Shown here piece by piece: positions 50,377-59,453 of a DNA stretch of 64,000 nucleotides. Source of the stretch: Chloroflexota bacterium (GTDB lineage: Bacteria > Chloroflexota > Dehalococcoidia > Bin125); contig JAPPJZ010000082.1 of the NCBI GenBank assembly GCA_028874365.1, positions 18,154-82,153 on the forward strand. The letters run 5' to 3'. The notes beneath the pieces were generated by a model. The model was not told where the DNA came from. It did not search any database and saw nothing but the letters and a program-made list of their open reading frames with translations. Numbering within the stretch: position 1 is the first letter of the stretch; the number at the start of each line of letters is the position of its first letter. A program made the position numbers and the translations under genes.

Positions 50377-52188
50377 TTACTCCTCCTCAACCGCAGGGCC
50401 TGGTTCAAGGGAGACTGGGCTGGCGAGACTTAGAGCGCCCTTTACTCGATTCGCCAGATCAACGATAGGCGGCGGAGCTTGCTTACGGTTACTCACTGCG
50501 GCTCGAGCAACCAGTTCGCCAGACCAGCCCTTCGTGTCAGCCAAGAATCCCAAGTAGTCCGACTGGAATTCAGGCGCGTACGCCGGCAGCCGTGGCTGGC
50601 CTGCCCGGGGATCAGGGGGTTGCCACGAGGCGTGTTCGTTTGCGACCATCTCAACCTCGTGGTGGTAGCCCGCATCCAGGAGCAACTGCTCTAGCTGTTT
50701 CGTCCCGCTCATCACGACCTGGGGATGCGCTTCTGACAGTGGAGCCCCGTCCGAACCAAAGCAGCCCTTGATCGAATTGAGGCCATCCGAGTCGTTGTCG
50801 ACAAATGCGACCCAAGGAATCCTGCCGAGTTCTTCCAATGCCTCGATGACCTTTCTCAGCCACTCTTGGGATTGCCCCTGCATGTCGAGGAGTGTCACGC
50901 CGAGCCCGCCCACATCACGATCTAGCAGAGGATCGAGTAAAACAGGAATCGTCGCCCGCTCTGCGGCCCCGTCAACAAGAATCACCAGCCTCGCGAAGAA
51001 CAATTCTCCCAAGGGGCGCGAAATGAACCTTCGGAAGACGGCGACCTTTCGGGCCGTTTCACGGGACAAGGTAGACACAGAGGTTCCTTCACCCGCCGAG
51101 CGGATCAATCGGATCGCAGGGAGATCAGCTTCTCCAACCAACACGTTGGAGTGAGTGGCAACAACGGCCTGCCCCTGCAAGGACTGAATCGAATGATGCA
51201 CGGCCGCCTGCGCTTGCGGGTGCAGGTGCGCCTCCGGCTCTTCCAGCAAGGTCACGAGGTGCGGACGGATACCTTGATCGACGCCGATTCTGAGTTTGCA
51301 TAGCGCAAAGTAGACCCGCAGCGCTGCCAGGCTGCGGCTGCCTGATCCTTGGAGGCGGATTGGGAGGGACGGACCGTCGTTCCCGCCGCCAATCACCACG
51401 TCGACGGAATGGATCAAGTCCTCTATTCGTTCGGGGAGCGGACGAATCTCGACATGCTCAATACTCGACTGCGCACCCCTCATCTCCAGCAACTCTTCCT
51501 CAAGAGCGCCGAGCGTTGGACTTGCCTGACGCAAAGAGCTTCCTAAACCCCCCAAGCGCTCTTCTAGGTCTTTGCGAGCCGATTCGGAGATTCCGAGCTC
51601 AGCGAGGACCTGTCCCCAGTTCGAAGTACGTCGCGCCAAATCGGAAGAGAGATCGCGGGATGCCTCGACCACATGTGCTGACAGTAGTTCCATCACCTGC
51701 CTGCTTGGGACCAGGTTAGATTCCTGCCAATCTCGCTCTGCCTCAACCCATGTCAGGTACCTGCGCGTCCAGGAAAGGAAAGCTGACTCTTGGCTTGGCT
51801 GGAGGATCATTCGGATCGCAGTCCATTCTCCTCCGCCCGGCCGGTTCCCGTAGTTCCCATCCAATCTCTGCGCAACGACTTCGGAAAACTCCTGACCGGA
51901 AGAGCGGAGCACTAGGTCAATGGTTGCCTCGTCAACGACTGAATCTGAAGTGCGATGCAAGTCGTCTTGCATGGGCCTATGAAAGCCGCAGGCGGTCGCA
52001 ATCGCCAGCAAGATGGACGACTTGCCAGAATTGTTCTCCCCCACGAGAAACGTCGTACCTCTCTCAAGAGGTATCTGCGCGTCAACGATGCTCCTGAAGT
52101 TTGCAACTCGAACCTCTTCAATCCACAGGTCCGCGACAGGTCCTGTTGTGAAGGGATTCCCATCCGGTGTTGACTCAAGGTTTGGCAT
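50377..52188 (-). CDS. OLD-family ABC-ATPase/TOPRIM nuclease (GajA-like)
   Basis: NFRSI, GENNSGKS, GSG, EEPEAHLHP, ATHS, TOPRIM-like LVDGxxE and DND. Confidence 0.9.
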   Translation of the reverse strand: MPNLESTPDGNPFTTGPVADLWIEEVRVANFRSIVDAQIPLERGTTFLVGENNSGKSSILLAIATACGFHRPMQDDLHRTSDSVVDEATIDLVLRSSGQEFSEVVAQRLDGNYGNRPGGGEWTAIRMILQPSQESAFLSWTRRYLTWVEAERDWQESNLVPSRQVMELLSAHVVEASRDLSSDLARRTSNWGQVLAELGISESARKDLEERLGGLGSSLRQASPTLGALEEELLEMRGAQSSIEHVEIRPLPERIEDLIHSVDVVIGGGNDGPSLPIRLQGSGSRSLAALRVYFALCKLRIGVDQGIRPHLVTLLEEPEAHLHPQAQAAVHHSIQSLQGQAVVATHSNVLVGEADLPAIRLIRSAGEGTSVSTLSRETARKVAVFRRFISRPLGELFFARLVILVDGAAERATIPVLLDPLLDRDVGGLGVTLLDMQGQSQEWLRKVIEALEELGRIPWVAFVDNDSDGLNSIKGCFGSDGAPLSEAHPQVVMSGTKQLEQLLLDAGYHHEVEMVANEHASWQPPDPRAGQPRLPAYAPEFQSDYLGFLADTKGWSGELVARAAVSNRKQAPPPIVDLANRVKGALSLASPVSLEPGPAVEEE

Positions 52189-52644
52189 CGTGGGAGCTCG
52201 GCCTCCTGGGTACACGCTCGGCATTCGAGTTCTCGCTGTTGTCCGGTTTCCCGAGAGGCAATCGACCTTCAGGCTACGTCGTTTCGGGGCCAGGGAAGCG
52301 AGTCCGCAGCGACATAGGCCCCGCTGGGGGAGACTCCGCCTGCGTTCCTCCAACTCCATCTTGGAACGATCGACACCCGAGAGAAGGAGGCATTTGGGTC
52401 GAACAGACGCAGACGCCGACGAGGTTGGCGATGGGTTGGACTATGCAACGCTAGGTGTGGAGGGTTTCGACCGTCACAGACAAGTGTCTCTTCGAACCTG
52501 TACAGTCAGTCCGCCGTCAGACCATCGCCGGCACTCTCGCGGCGCATCGGACACAGGACTCTCCGCGCCAAGTCTCCGAGGGTCGGTGCAGAGTGACCTC
52601 TCCTGACCGCTCACTGCAGCAGATGTCTGGTCGCACCGCAACCC

Positions 52645-53115
52645 TCAGTCTTTGATCGCCGGGATCGGAACACTGGGCGGATTGACCGCCGAACGCGGAG
52701 AAACAGGTATCGGATAAACCTCTAGCCACTCTCGACCGGTGATCGACTGGGAGCCGTTTCGCACTGTCATCGCGATCATTTCCTGATGCACTTCCAGTGC
52801 ACCGTATCGAAAGGGCCGTCCAACGGGAGATTTGCCCGCCAGCCGAAACACCTGAGCCCACAGCACGCCGAGATCGTGTGGAATCTGCTTCGCTTCATAG
52901 GCGTCCGCGAGCTCGTCGAAACGAGCCTCGAGCTCGATGAGCGCCGGCTCGGTGGCGAAGAGGTCGATTTGGTTCGCCACCTCGTTCCTCTCGCGGCGCG
53001 CTCGAACGGCGCGTTGAAGCCTGAAGCGTTGTCGACTGACTGGGGCGGTGTTCCAGATCGTGATCAGGGCGACAATAGTGGCTCCTACTGAGCCCAGCAC
53101 CACTAGCACCGTCAT
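52645..53115 (-). CDS. Hypothetical protein with N-terminal TM
   Basis: GGAG RBS; MTVLVVLGSVGATIVALITIW; 156 aa. Confidence 0.6.
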   Translation of the reverse strand: MTVLVVLGSVGATIVALITIWNTAPVSRQRFRLQRAVRARRERNEVANQIDLFATEPALIELEARFDELADAYEAKQIPHDLGVLWAQVFRLAGKSPVGRPFRYGALEVHQEMIAMTVRNGSQSITGREWLEVYPIPVSPRSAVNPPSVPIPAIKD

Positions 53116-53223
53116 GACTCGCTCCAACCGACGGAAGACTCCGGCAAAACAGGCTTGCATTGGCCAGCGTAAGGGGCCCATCATCCGGCTCAAGAGCGCA
53201 GACTGCAGCGCGCGCCGGCTCGG

Positions 53224-53300
53224 CTCAATCAGTTCGCAGTTCGGTACGTCTAGGTCCGAAAAGTGGGCAGTCGTGTACTGAACTGCGAGCTTTTGAGTGG
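53224..53300. repeat. att-like motif copy E: full attP-like inverted repeat
   Basis: AGTTCGCAGTTCGGTAC (53231-53247)-N27-GTACTGAACTGCGAGCT (53275-53291); 15/17 symmetric. Confidence 0.8.
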
Positions 53301-53384
53301 ATTGTCGACATCTGAGAGGCGTAGTGGATCCGCAGTTGGCATGGCGACAGGGGGAGCGATGCAGCCGATCAAGGGACGCTTGGC

Positions 53385-56300
53385 TCAGGCACCGGAGAAT
53401 GCGAACGCTGCCCAATGGAACGGCTCAGAGTAGGGAACTGGGCTGGTTGAGGACGGGGCCCCGCGCAAATCGCGTAACGCACGCAGCGCTGGCTGATCCG
53501 AGGCAACGGTATCGATCTCCGTCTGAGTCGCATCGCGGAGCCAGAGCTGGGCTCTCCGAGGGCCGGCCGCGGGTTGCATATTCAGCTTGAATGTCCCCTC
53601 GTAGAACTTGTAGGCGAAGAAGGCCGAAGAGTCGTCATGGATCTTCCAGAGGCTTGAGATTACGCCTGCGGCCCCGGCGGCCAGGAATGCGGAAGCGAGG
53701 CTCAGAGACTCATCGATCTCGTCGCTGCCCTGAGGGACCCCCGTCTCGCATGCGGATGCAAAGACGAGCCGAGCCGACACGTCGAGGTTCGCGATCTCAA
53801 CGAAGCTAAGTTGTTCCGGACCGGCGAGGGAGACCGAGGCGGAATAGAGTGGAGCGTCCAGCCGAGAGCCAGCGTGGCACGCGAGGTGGATGTGCGTGCC
53901 AGACGGTAGGGCATCGAGCAAGCTCTGTTTGGTCGCTTCCTCGCGAAAGAGCATGTGTGACCGACCCGGAGGTGCGAAGCTGCGGACAAGTTCCGCCTCG
54001 ATTTCCGCCCCCCGGAGAGGAATTGGATTCGGCAGCGGGTTGGCAATCCCCACAAGCCGCACAGCCTCTCCGTGTCGTTGCTCCGCGCGCAGGGCGCAAG
54101 CGGCGTGAATGCGAGCGGATGGAGCGTAGGTCACCTCAAAGTCATCCAATAGGCAACGGCGACCGCCATGCCCGGTGGGCCAATCTATGGCGTGCAGAGG
54201 CAACAGTCCCAGGCATCCGGTAGCAACGAGCGTCACTCCCACGGCCCCTCGCCCAGCCAAACACTCGCTGAGCTGGCACAACAGCTGCTCGCCGAGCACG
54301 TGGGATAGGGCTGACATGGACGAGTTCAGTCGCTCCTGAGCCAGAGAGCGAGCGACCACCAGTGCAGCTGTCTCCACGTCCGCGAGCCTCGGGTCGGTGT
54401 CCACGAGTCGCTGAATGATCGCGCCCGTGTCGCATTCGGGAGCGTGGATCGAATCGAGTTCAACGTCGCCATTGGCGTCCCGACCAACAATGATCGCGTA
54501 TGCGCCGTTCGCCGCGGCCCCCAGGTAGACGAGCGGGCGCTGCGACTCGACAGCCTGGCCAAGCTCGACCAGATCCGGAGCATCGACTGTGCGCGCATAC
54601 GTCGGAAGGTCACGGATCGCGGCGCGAACGGACTCCTGCCGGTCCGACAGGTCCAGCTGTGAGACTCGCTGCAGCCCGAGGATGTCGCTGCGCTGCAAGG
54701 TGCCGAGATCCAGGATCTGGGCGCCTAGATTCGGATCGAGCTGGGACACTGTGTCCAAGTCCAAGAGCTCGGGCAATGTCAGCAGCTCGAGTTCACCGGC
54801 GCGGCGCCGTTCCGCCGACAGGGCGGCCTCCGCCAGCCGTTCAACTCTGACAAGGGCGCTTACCGCGCAGTGGAACTCTGTGTTCGCCTCCTCGTAGAGT
54901 TCCGACATTCGATCGCGTGAGCGGGCCCGCCGGGCAATCACGGCCGCCGCTGCTTCCACGAAGTGAGCGGCGGCATCGGCCGCGAGTTCGAAGTCGCCGA
55001 GCTCCTCTGCGAGTGCACGGAGCAGCAACCCGGCCTGACGGGCGACCTCCGGGTAGCTCACGTTCGAGAGAACGGACAGCGATGCAGTGAGCGCCTCGAC
55101 TGCCCCGTCGGCGTCGTCTCTCGCCAGACGAACCTTACTGACCACGAGCCAGGCGGAGCCGAGTTGATGCGGTAAGTCAGCACTCGAACACAGGCGCACG
55201 ACTTCGAGTCCGCTCGCCTCCGCGCGGTCGAACAGGCGCTCTTGCGCCTTCGGCTCTCCGTCAAGCAACCGCGCGAGCTCCAACCTCTGGACCGCGAGGT
55301 TGTGCTCGGCCTGGACGTGCATAAGGGTGTCTTCGGCGGCAACCGCGGCCGTGCGCGCCTCGGCGCTGTGGTGGATGGCCTGGCGAACGTTGGACACTCG
55401 ATTGCCAGACTCGGCATGGGAGTAGGCGATGGCGAGGTTGAGCTGCGTGAACGCCCAGTCGCGAGGACTTCGAGCGAACGAACGATGGCGGAGCGCCTGT
55501 TCGAACAGGATCCGCGCGGCATCGAAGTCTCTAGCACTCGCGCGTTCGATCAGGAACAGGCCCAGATTCGTCTGCGCCATCGCCAGAACATCGCGGTCTT
55601 CGAACTCGTCCAAGAGGTCGAGCGCCTCCGTCATGTAGTCGATGCCCTTGCTCAAGTTCGCATCAGGGTCGCCCTTCGATCGGTTCCGGTAGCCCCGGCC
55701 GAGGTTCATCAGCAGAGCAACGCGATGCGGCGGATCATCGAGCTCGGAGTGGGCATCCATGATGGAGAGCGCCCGTCGGTTGAGGGTGATTGCATCCTCG
55801 ACGCTTTCGGCGGCGGACGCGCTCTCATCGCGATCCAGTGCTGTGGCCGTTACTGCTGCTGCTTCGAGCTCCAGCTTCAGATCGGAGCCCGGCCTCAAGG
55901 CGGCCAACAGCGCTCTGCCCGCCTGTGCCACTTGCACCGGGTCGGTTCCTCGCCTGGCATCTTGATATGCGGACCAGAGAGGGATGAAGGTCCGTTCGAA
56001 GTAGGCGCGCAAAGTCGCTTCCTGGCGTTGCCAAGCGGTGGCGTAATCGCCCATTCTGCAGAGACCGACCGTTTGTAGCAGCATGCTCGCGCTTGGATGT
56101 GCGTCTTCATCATCTGAATCGGCAAGCTCTCGCAAGAAGTCCTCGGCTTCATCAGACAGCACTTCCGGATGCCGGCCCACAATCTCACGTAGCTGGTCTG
56201 CTCCTGTTGCCCGCTCCAGCTCCTGGAAACCGGTTACCAACCGCATCGGCATCTGGTGCGCCTCGACTTTCTGAAGCAAGCTCGTGTAGGTAGCAGGATG

Positions 56301-56726
56301 GTCCGAGGAGCCAGCTGCCCCTCTCCGGGCGGCATCCAGATCGCCGTCAATATCTCGTCCTGCAGCTGACTCGAGCTCTTCGAGCGTGGCCAGCAATGCC
56401 GGTCCCGGGATCTCCAATCGCGCGTCATTCAACTCGCTCCAGACCGCTTCCACGACGTCCCCAAGGCTGTCTAGTGGATCCTCCTCCTCGTCCGGTTCCT
56501 GAGCCGCAATCAGCGGCGCCGACCTGGCCATGCGCAAGATTAGGATCGGTTGGCAACGCTTCATGCGTCGGCGGCACTCTGGACAGTCGAGGTAGATGAG
56601 CTCCAGCAACCGCTCAATGAGATCAGGACGCTCCTCCGCGTCCACAGCCAACCAGGTGTTCTTGGAAGTCACTGCACCACAGTGGGAGCAAGGCCAGTCA
56701 GCCACTCGGATCTGGGAAACTGTCAC
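53385..56726 (-). CDS. CpXC Zn-ribbon / TPR / CHAT caspase-like protease
   Basis: CSHC...CPEC N-terminus; TPR-like NLG repeats; HLACHA and SACETG catalytic dyad; PFHWAAF. Confidence 0.9.
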   Translation of the reverse strand: MTVSQIRVADWPCSHCGAVTSKNTWLAVDAEERPDLIERLLELIYLDCPECRRRMKRCQPILILRMARSAPLIAAQEPDEEEDPLDSLGDVVEAVWSELNDARLEIPGPALLATLEELESAAGRDIDGDLDAARRGAAGSSDHPATYTSLLQKVEAHQMPMRLVTGFQELERATGADQLREIVGRHPEVLSDEAEDFLRELADSDDEDAHPSASMLLQTVGLCRMGDYATAWQRQEATLRAYFERTFIPLWSAYQDARRGTDPVQVAQAGRALLAALRPGSDLKLELEAAAVTATALDRDESASAAESVEDAITLNRRALSIMDAHSELDDPPHRVALLMNLGRGYRNRSKGDPDANLSKGIDYMTEALDLLDEFEDRDVLAMAQTNLGLFLIERASARDFDAARILFEQALRHRSFARSPRDWAFTQLNLAIAYSHAESGNRVSNVRQAIHHSAEARTAAVAAEDTLMHVQAEHNLAVQRLELARLLDGEPKAQERLFDRAEASGLEVVRLCSSADLPHQLGSAWLVVSKVRLARDDADGAVEALTASLSVLSNVSYPEVARQAGLLLRALAEELGDFELAADAAAHFVEAAAAVIARRARSRDRMSELYEEANTEFHCAVSALVRVERLAEAALSAERRRAGELELLTLPELLDLDTVSQLDPNLGAQILDLGTLQRSDILGLQRVSQLDLSDRQESVRAAIRDLPTYARTVDAPDLVELGQAVESQRPLVYLGAAANGAYAIIVGRDANGDVELDSIHAPECDTGAIIQRLVDTDPRLADVETAALVVARSLAQERLNSSMSALSHVLGEQLLCQLSECLAGRGAVGVTLVATGCLGLLPLHAIDWPTGHGGRRCLLDDFEVTYAPSARIHAACALRAEQRHGEAVRLVGIANPLPNPIPLRGAEIEAELVRSFAPPGRSHMLFREEATKQSLLDALPSGTHIHLACHAGSRLDAPLYSASVSLAGPEQLSFVEIANLDVSARLVFASACETGVPQGSDEIDESLSLASAFLAAGAAGVISSLWKIHDDSSAFFAYKFYEGTFKLNMQPAAGPRRAQLWLRDATQTEIDTVASDQPALRALRDLRGAPSSTSPVPYSEPFHWAAFAFSGA

Positions 56727-56822
56727 GCTGGGATCCGATTCGTCACCATGGACATCCGCGCGTTACGCGCACGATCTTCGTCGATCGTACGCGCTACCTG
56801 CTGCCCTTCGGATGCCCACAGC

Positions 56823-57329
56823 TCAATCCAAAGTCGCCGCCAAGGACACACAAACCGATCGCCAGCGAGCCACTGACGATGGCGCAGGTAAGGGGATGGT
56901 TGTCATGGGAGAACGGCGCAGCGAGAACAGCGCCACGACGGCCGAAAACACAAGGAAGATTGCGACTACCACCACAGTTGCAGTGAGGCCTGAAGCAGCC
57001 GCAGTCAGAGCCAGGGTCCCGCATACGGGCGTGAGCCTCAGCCAGCCAATGCCGCTCAGAAGGGAGAAACCAATCAGCATCGCGAGGCTTGAATGCAGAA
57101 ATGGCCCGAGCGCGCATTCACCGCCGTGACTCAGTGACGACTCGAAGAGAATGTACCCGAAGATTGCGAAGACGACAATCACGGCGATCACGGCGTTCAT
57201 GATCGCCACGACGCGGGGAAACAGGGGCAACCAGATGATTGCGAACGTCGCCGCCAGCACTGTGACCAGCCAATGGCTGAGCGGGAAACCGTCAGCCCCA
57301 CCAAGGCCGAGATCGACGCCGGCGTCCAC
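56823..57329 (-). CDS. Hypothetical multi-TM protein, possibly 5'-truncated
   Basis: About four hydrophobic segments; weak start context. Confidence 0.5.
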   Translation of the reverse strand: MDAGVDLGLGGADGFPLSHWLVTVLAATFAIIWLPLFPRVVAIMNAVIAVIVVFAIFGYILFESSLSHGGECALGPFLHSSLAMLIGFSLLSGIGWLRLTPVCGTLALTAAASGLTATVVVVAIFLVFSAVVALFSLRRSPMTTIPLPAPSSVARWRSVCVSLAATLD

Positions 57330-57413
57330 GTGCTGACCATTGGTCCGATGGCGCTTGGCGTCAGGCGGCGCAAAAGCAAGCGCCCCGCCGAGCCGTTTCT
57401 AGAGAACGTGAGG

Positions 57414-58427
57414 ATGGACAACCACCGTCGAGAACGGGACGTGGCGATTGTGTTCGCCCGCCCGCCGATGTGTCGCGGACCCGCCGAGCAGCTCGCCAAA
57501 CAGCTGGGCGAGGCCCAAGAACCGCCGCCGACCGTCACCGTGACCAACGCCGACGAGTTGCTTCAAGAACCCATCGTGGAGACTTCACGGAAGCGTCCGG
57601 TTGCGTTGCGGCTGCAGTGGGCGGATCGTGTTTGGGGCGGCGGCGAGGGTCCAGCAGTCGACGTCGTAGCGCTGCACTTGCCGAGCGGAGCGACGCTTTC
57701 ATCCTGGTTCAGGGCGTTCTTGACCGACATCAGCGAGTTCGACCAGAAGCGGGTGCCTGAGCCTCCTTCTCTGTTCAGCGATCCGTCCCACTGGTACACG
57801 CCCCACGAGGACGCCATCGCCGGCGCAATCTCCGAGATCGAGCGCGAGAGCGCACGCCTGGAGCGTGAACGGCAGCGTCTCGAAGAGGAGCTCGCACGAG
57901 AGGGAAGTCGGGCCGACGCGACCGTCCGACGAACGATCTGGGAAGACGGCGATGAGCTCGTCGACGCGGTCGGCAAGATGCTGGAGGAGATGGGCTTCAG
58001 CGTCGAGCAGATGGACGAGGCGAAGCAGCCCGACGAAGCGAAGCACGAAGACATGCGGCTGACGCTCGCCACCCAACCAATGTGGGAGGCAATCGTCGAG
58101 GTCAAGGGTTACACCAGGGGCATCAGAGCCAAGGACGCCCAACAGGTGCGGATGCCCAGAGAGCGCTACAACCGAGAGACAGGACGAGAACCGAACCTGA
58201 CGATCTGGCTGGTCAACCCGTGGCGCGAGATGGAGCCATCAGACCGACCCAATCCCGACAGGCAGATTGACGAGAGCGCCGAGATTGTCGGTGCCGTCTG
58301 CCTGCACACAACGGACCTCTATCTCCTGTGGAAGTCGCTCAAGACCGGCGACAGCTCCCTGGACAAGATTGTGCGGCGGTTGGTCGAGGCCGAGGCTGGA
58401 CTGTGGCGACCGTCCTTGAATCCCTGA
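57414..58427 (+). CDS. Coiled-coil plus PD-(D/E)xK restriction-endonuclease-like protein
   Basis: Coiled coil, GDELVDAV, MGFSV, ED...IVEVKG; start uncertain (ORF open from 57273). Confidence 0.7.
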   Translation: MDNHRRERDVAIVFARPPMCRGPAEQLAKQLGEAQEPPPTVTVTNADELLQEPIVETSRKRPVALRLQWADRVWGGGEGPAVDVVALHLPSGATLSSWFRAFLTDISEFDQKRVPEPPSLFSDPSHWYTPHEDAIAGAISEIERESARLERERQRLEEELAREGSRADATVRRTIWEDGDELVDAVGKMLEEMGFSVEQMDEAKQPDEAKHEDMRLTLATQPMWEAIVEVKGYTRGIRAKDAQQVRMPRERYNRETGREPNLTIWLVNPWREMEPSDRPNPDRQIDESAEIVGAVCLHTTDLYLLWKSLKTGDSSLDKIVRRLVEAEAGLWRPSLNP

Positions 58428-58570
58428 AGCCCTGCTGCCATTCCGCCAGGGTCGTCACTTCGATCATTCATCGTTACGAACGTCCTCCTGCCTTCCAGAC
58501 CACGATCGAGACATGTGCACTTCGTCCAAACCACGCAGCGATTCGACGGCCGCCGCGTTATGCTGGAGTC

Positions 58571-58659
58571 CGGGAGGGAGCCCGTGATCGGCGCGGGCCT
58601 TGAGCCCCGGCGCGATAGCGTACCGGTCCTGTGAGGGCCTTGAGCCCCGCTCCCTCCCG
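58571..58659. ncRNA. Candidate structured small RNA
   Basis: 11-bp closing stem CGGGAGGGAGC/GCTCCCTCCCG enclosing two identical GGGC-CTTGA-GCCC hairpins and a central hairpin; TATGCT 6 nt upstream. Confidence 0.5.
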
Positions 58660-59100
58660 CAACTCACCTACCCTCTAAGGCTGTCGACACTCCGCTGACA
58701 TCGCGCTCAGCTCTTTGCACGAGCGGCCCAATCACGGCTCAGGCATGCGCTCAAATGGCGTAGCGCGTCGAGATTGCAGCGGTACTTGTCCGTCGCCTAG
58801 CTCATCTCGGCCAGCACCGTTTCGGTGCTTAGTGGGTCCTGGCAGCGAATCGGTTCGCTCGACTCAGGCGTGGTCGCCACCCGCGCTTGTACTCCGACTC
58901 GTAGGCCTGGTCCCGCAGGCGATTGCCTAGCGCTTCACGGCAACTGGATTCTCGTGGGATCTGGAAGTCCCAGACGATCGCCCGCCTGGACAACGGACCC
59001 GGCCTCGAGAAGGCGGGCCAGTGCCACCTGCGCCCGTCAGATCCATTGACAACGTCGCTATTGAACGCGATATCCGTCCCGACGGAGGAAGCGGGCATGC

Positions 59101-59394
59101 TCAACCGTATGAATTCGTGGCGATCTCTGCGAGCGAGGCTTCAATCGCCATCAGTTGGTTCGCGATGTCAAAGGCAATCTCCTCCTGGCGAAGTGCCGTC
59201 ACGATGGTGGCTACGCGGTCCGGATCGAATGCCGGATCCTCGATTTGCCAGAGGTGCATCTGCACGACAAGTTCGCTGCTCAGGGCGATTTGCTCAACAG
59301 ACAAGACCTCACGCGTGTTGAGGTCCGCAAGGCGATCCGCGTGGCTCAAGATCTCGCGTAGCTCATCCAATGTGCGGCTTCGGCTGCTGGTCAT
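59101..59394 (-). CDS. Hypothetical acidic helical protein
   Basis: GGAG before the ATG at 59394 (alternative start 59406); follows the helicase gene. Confidence 0.55.
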   Translation of the reverse strand: MTSSRSRTLDELREILSHADRLADLNTREVLSVEQIALSSELVVQMHLWQIEDPAFDPDRVATIVTALRQEEIAFDIANQLMAIEASLAEIATNSYG

Positions 59395-59453
59395 CGCGAA
59401 CTCCATTCCTGCAAACGGGTGTCTCGAGGTGACTTGATGGCAGACCTTGGTGA

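Noticed and set aside
52189-52359. N-terminal extension of the OLD nuclease ORF (likewise 32792, 35543, 28640, 53415, 10342, 3316 starts)
   Set aside because: Downstream starts fit RBS, gene coupling and family N-termini better.
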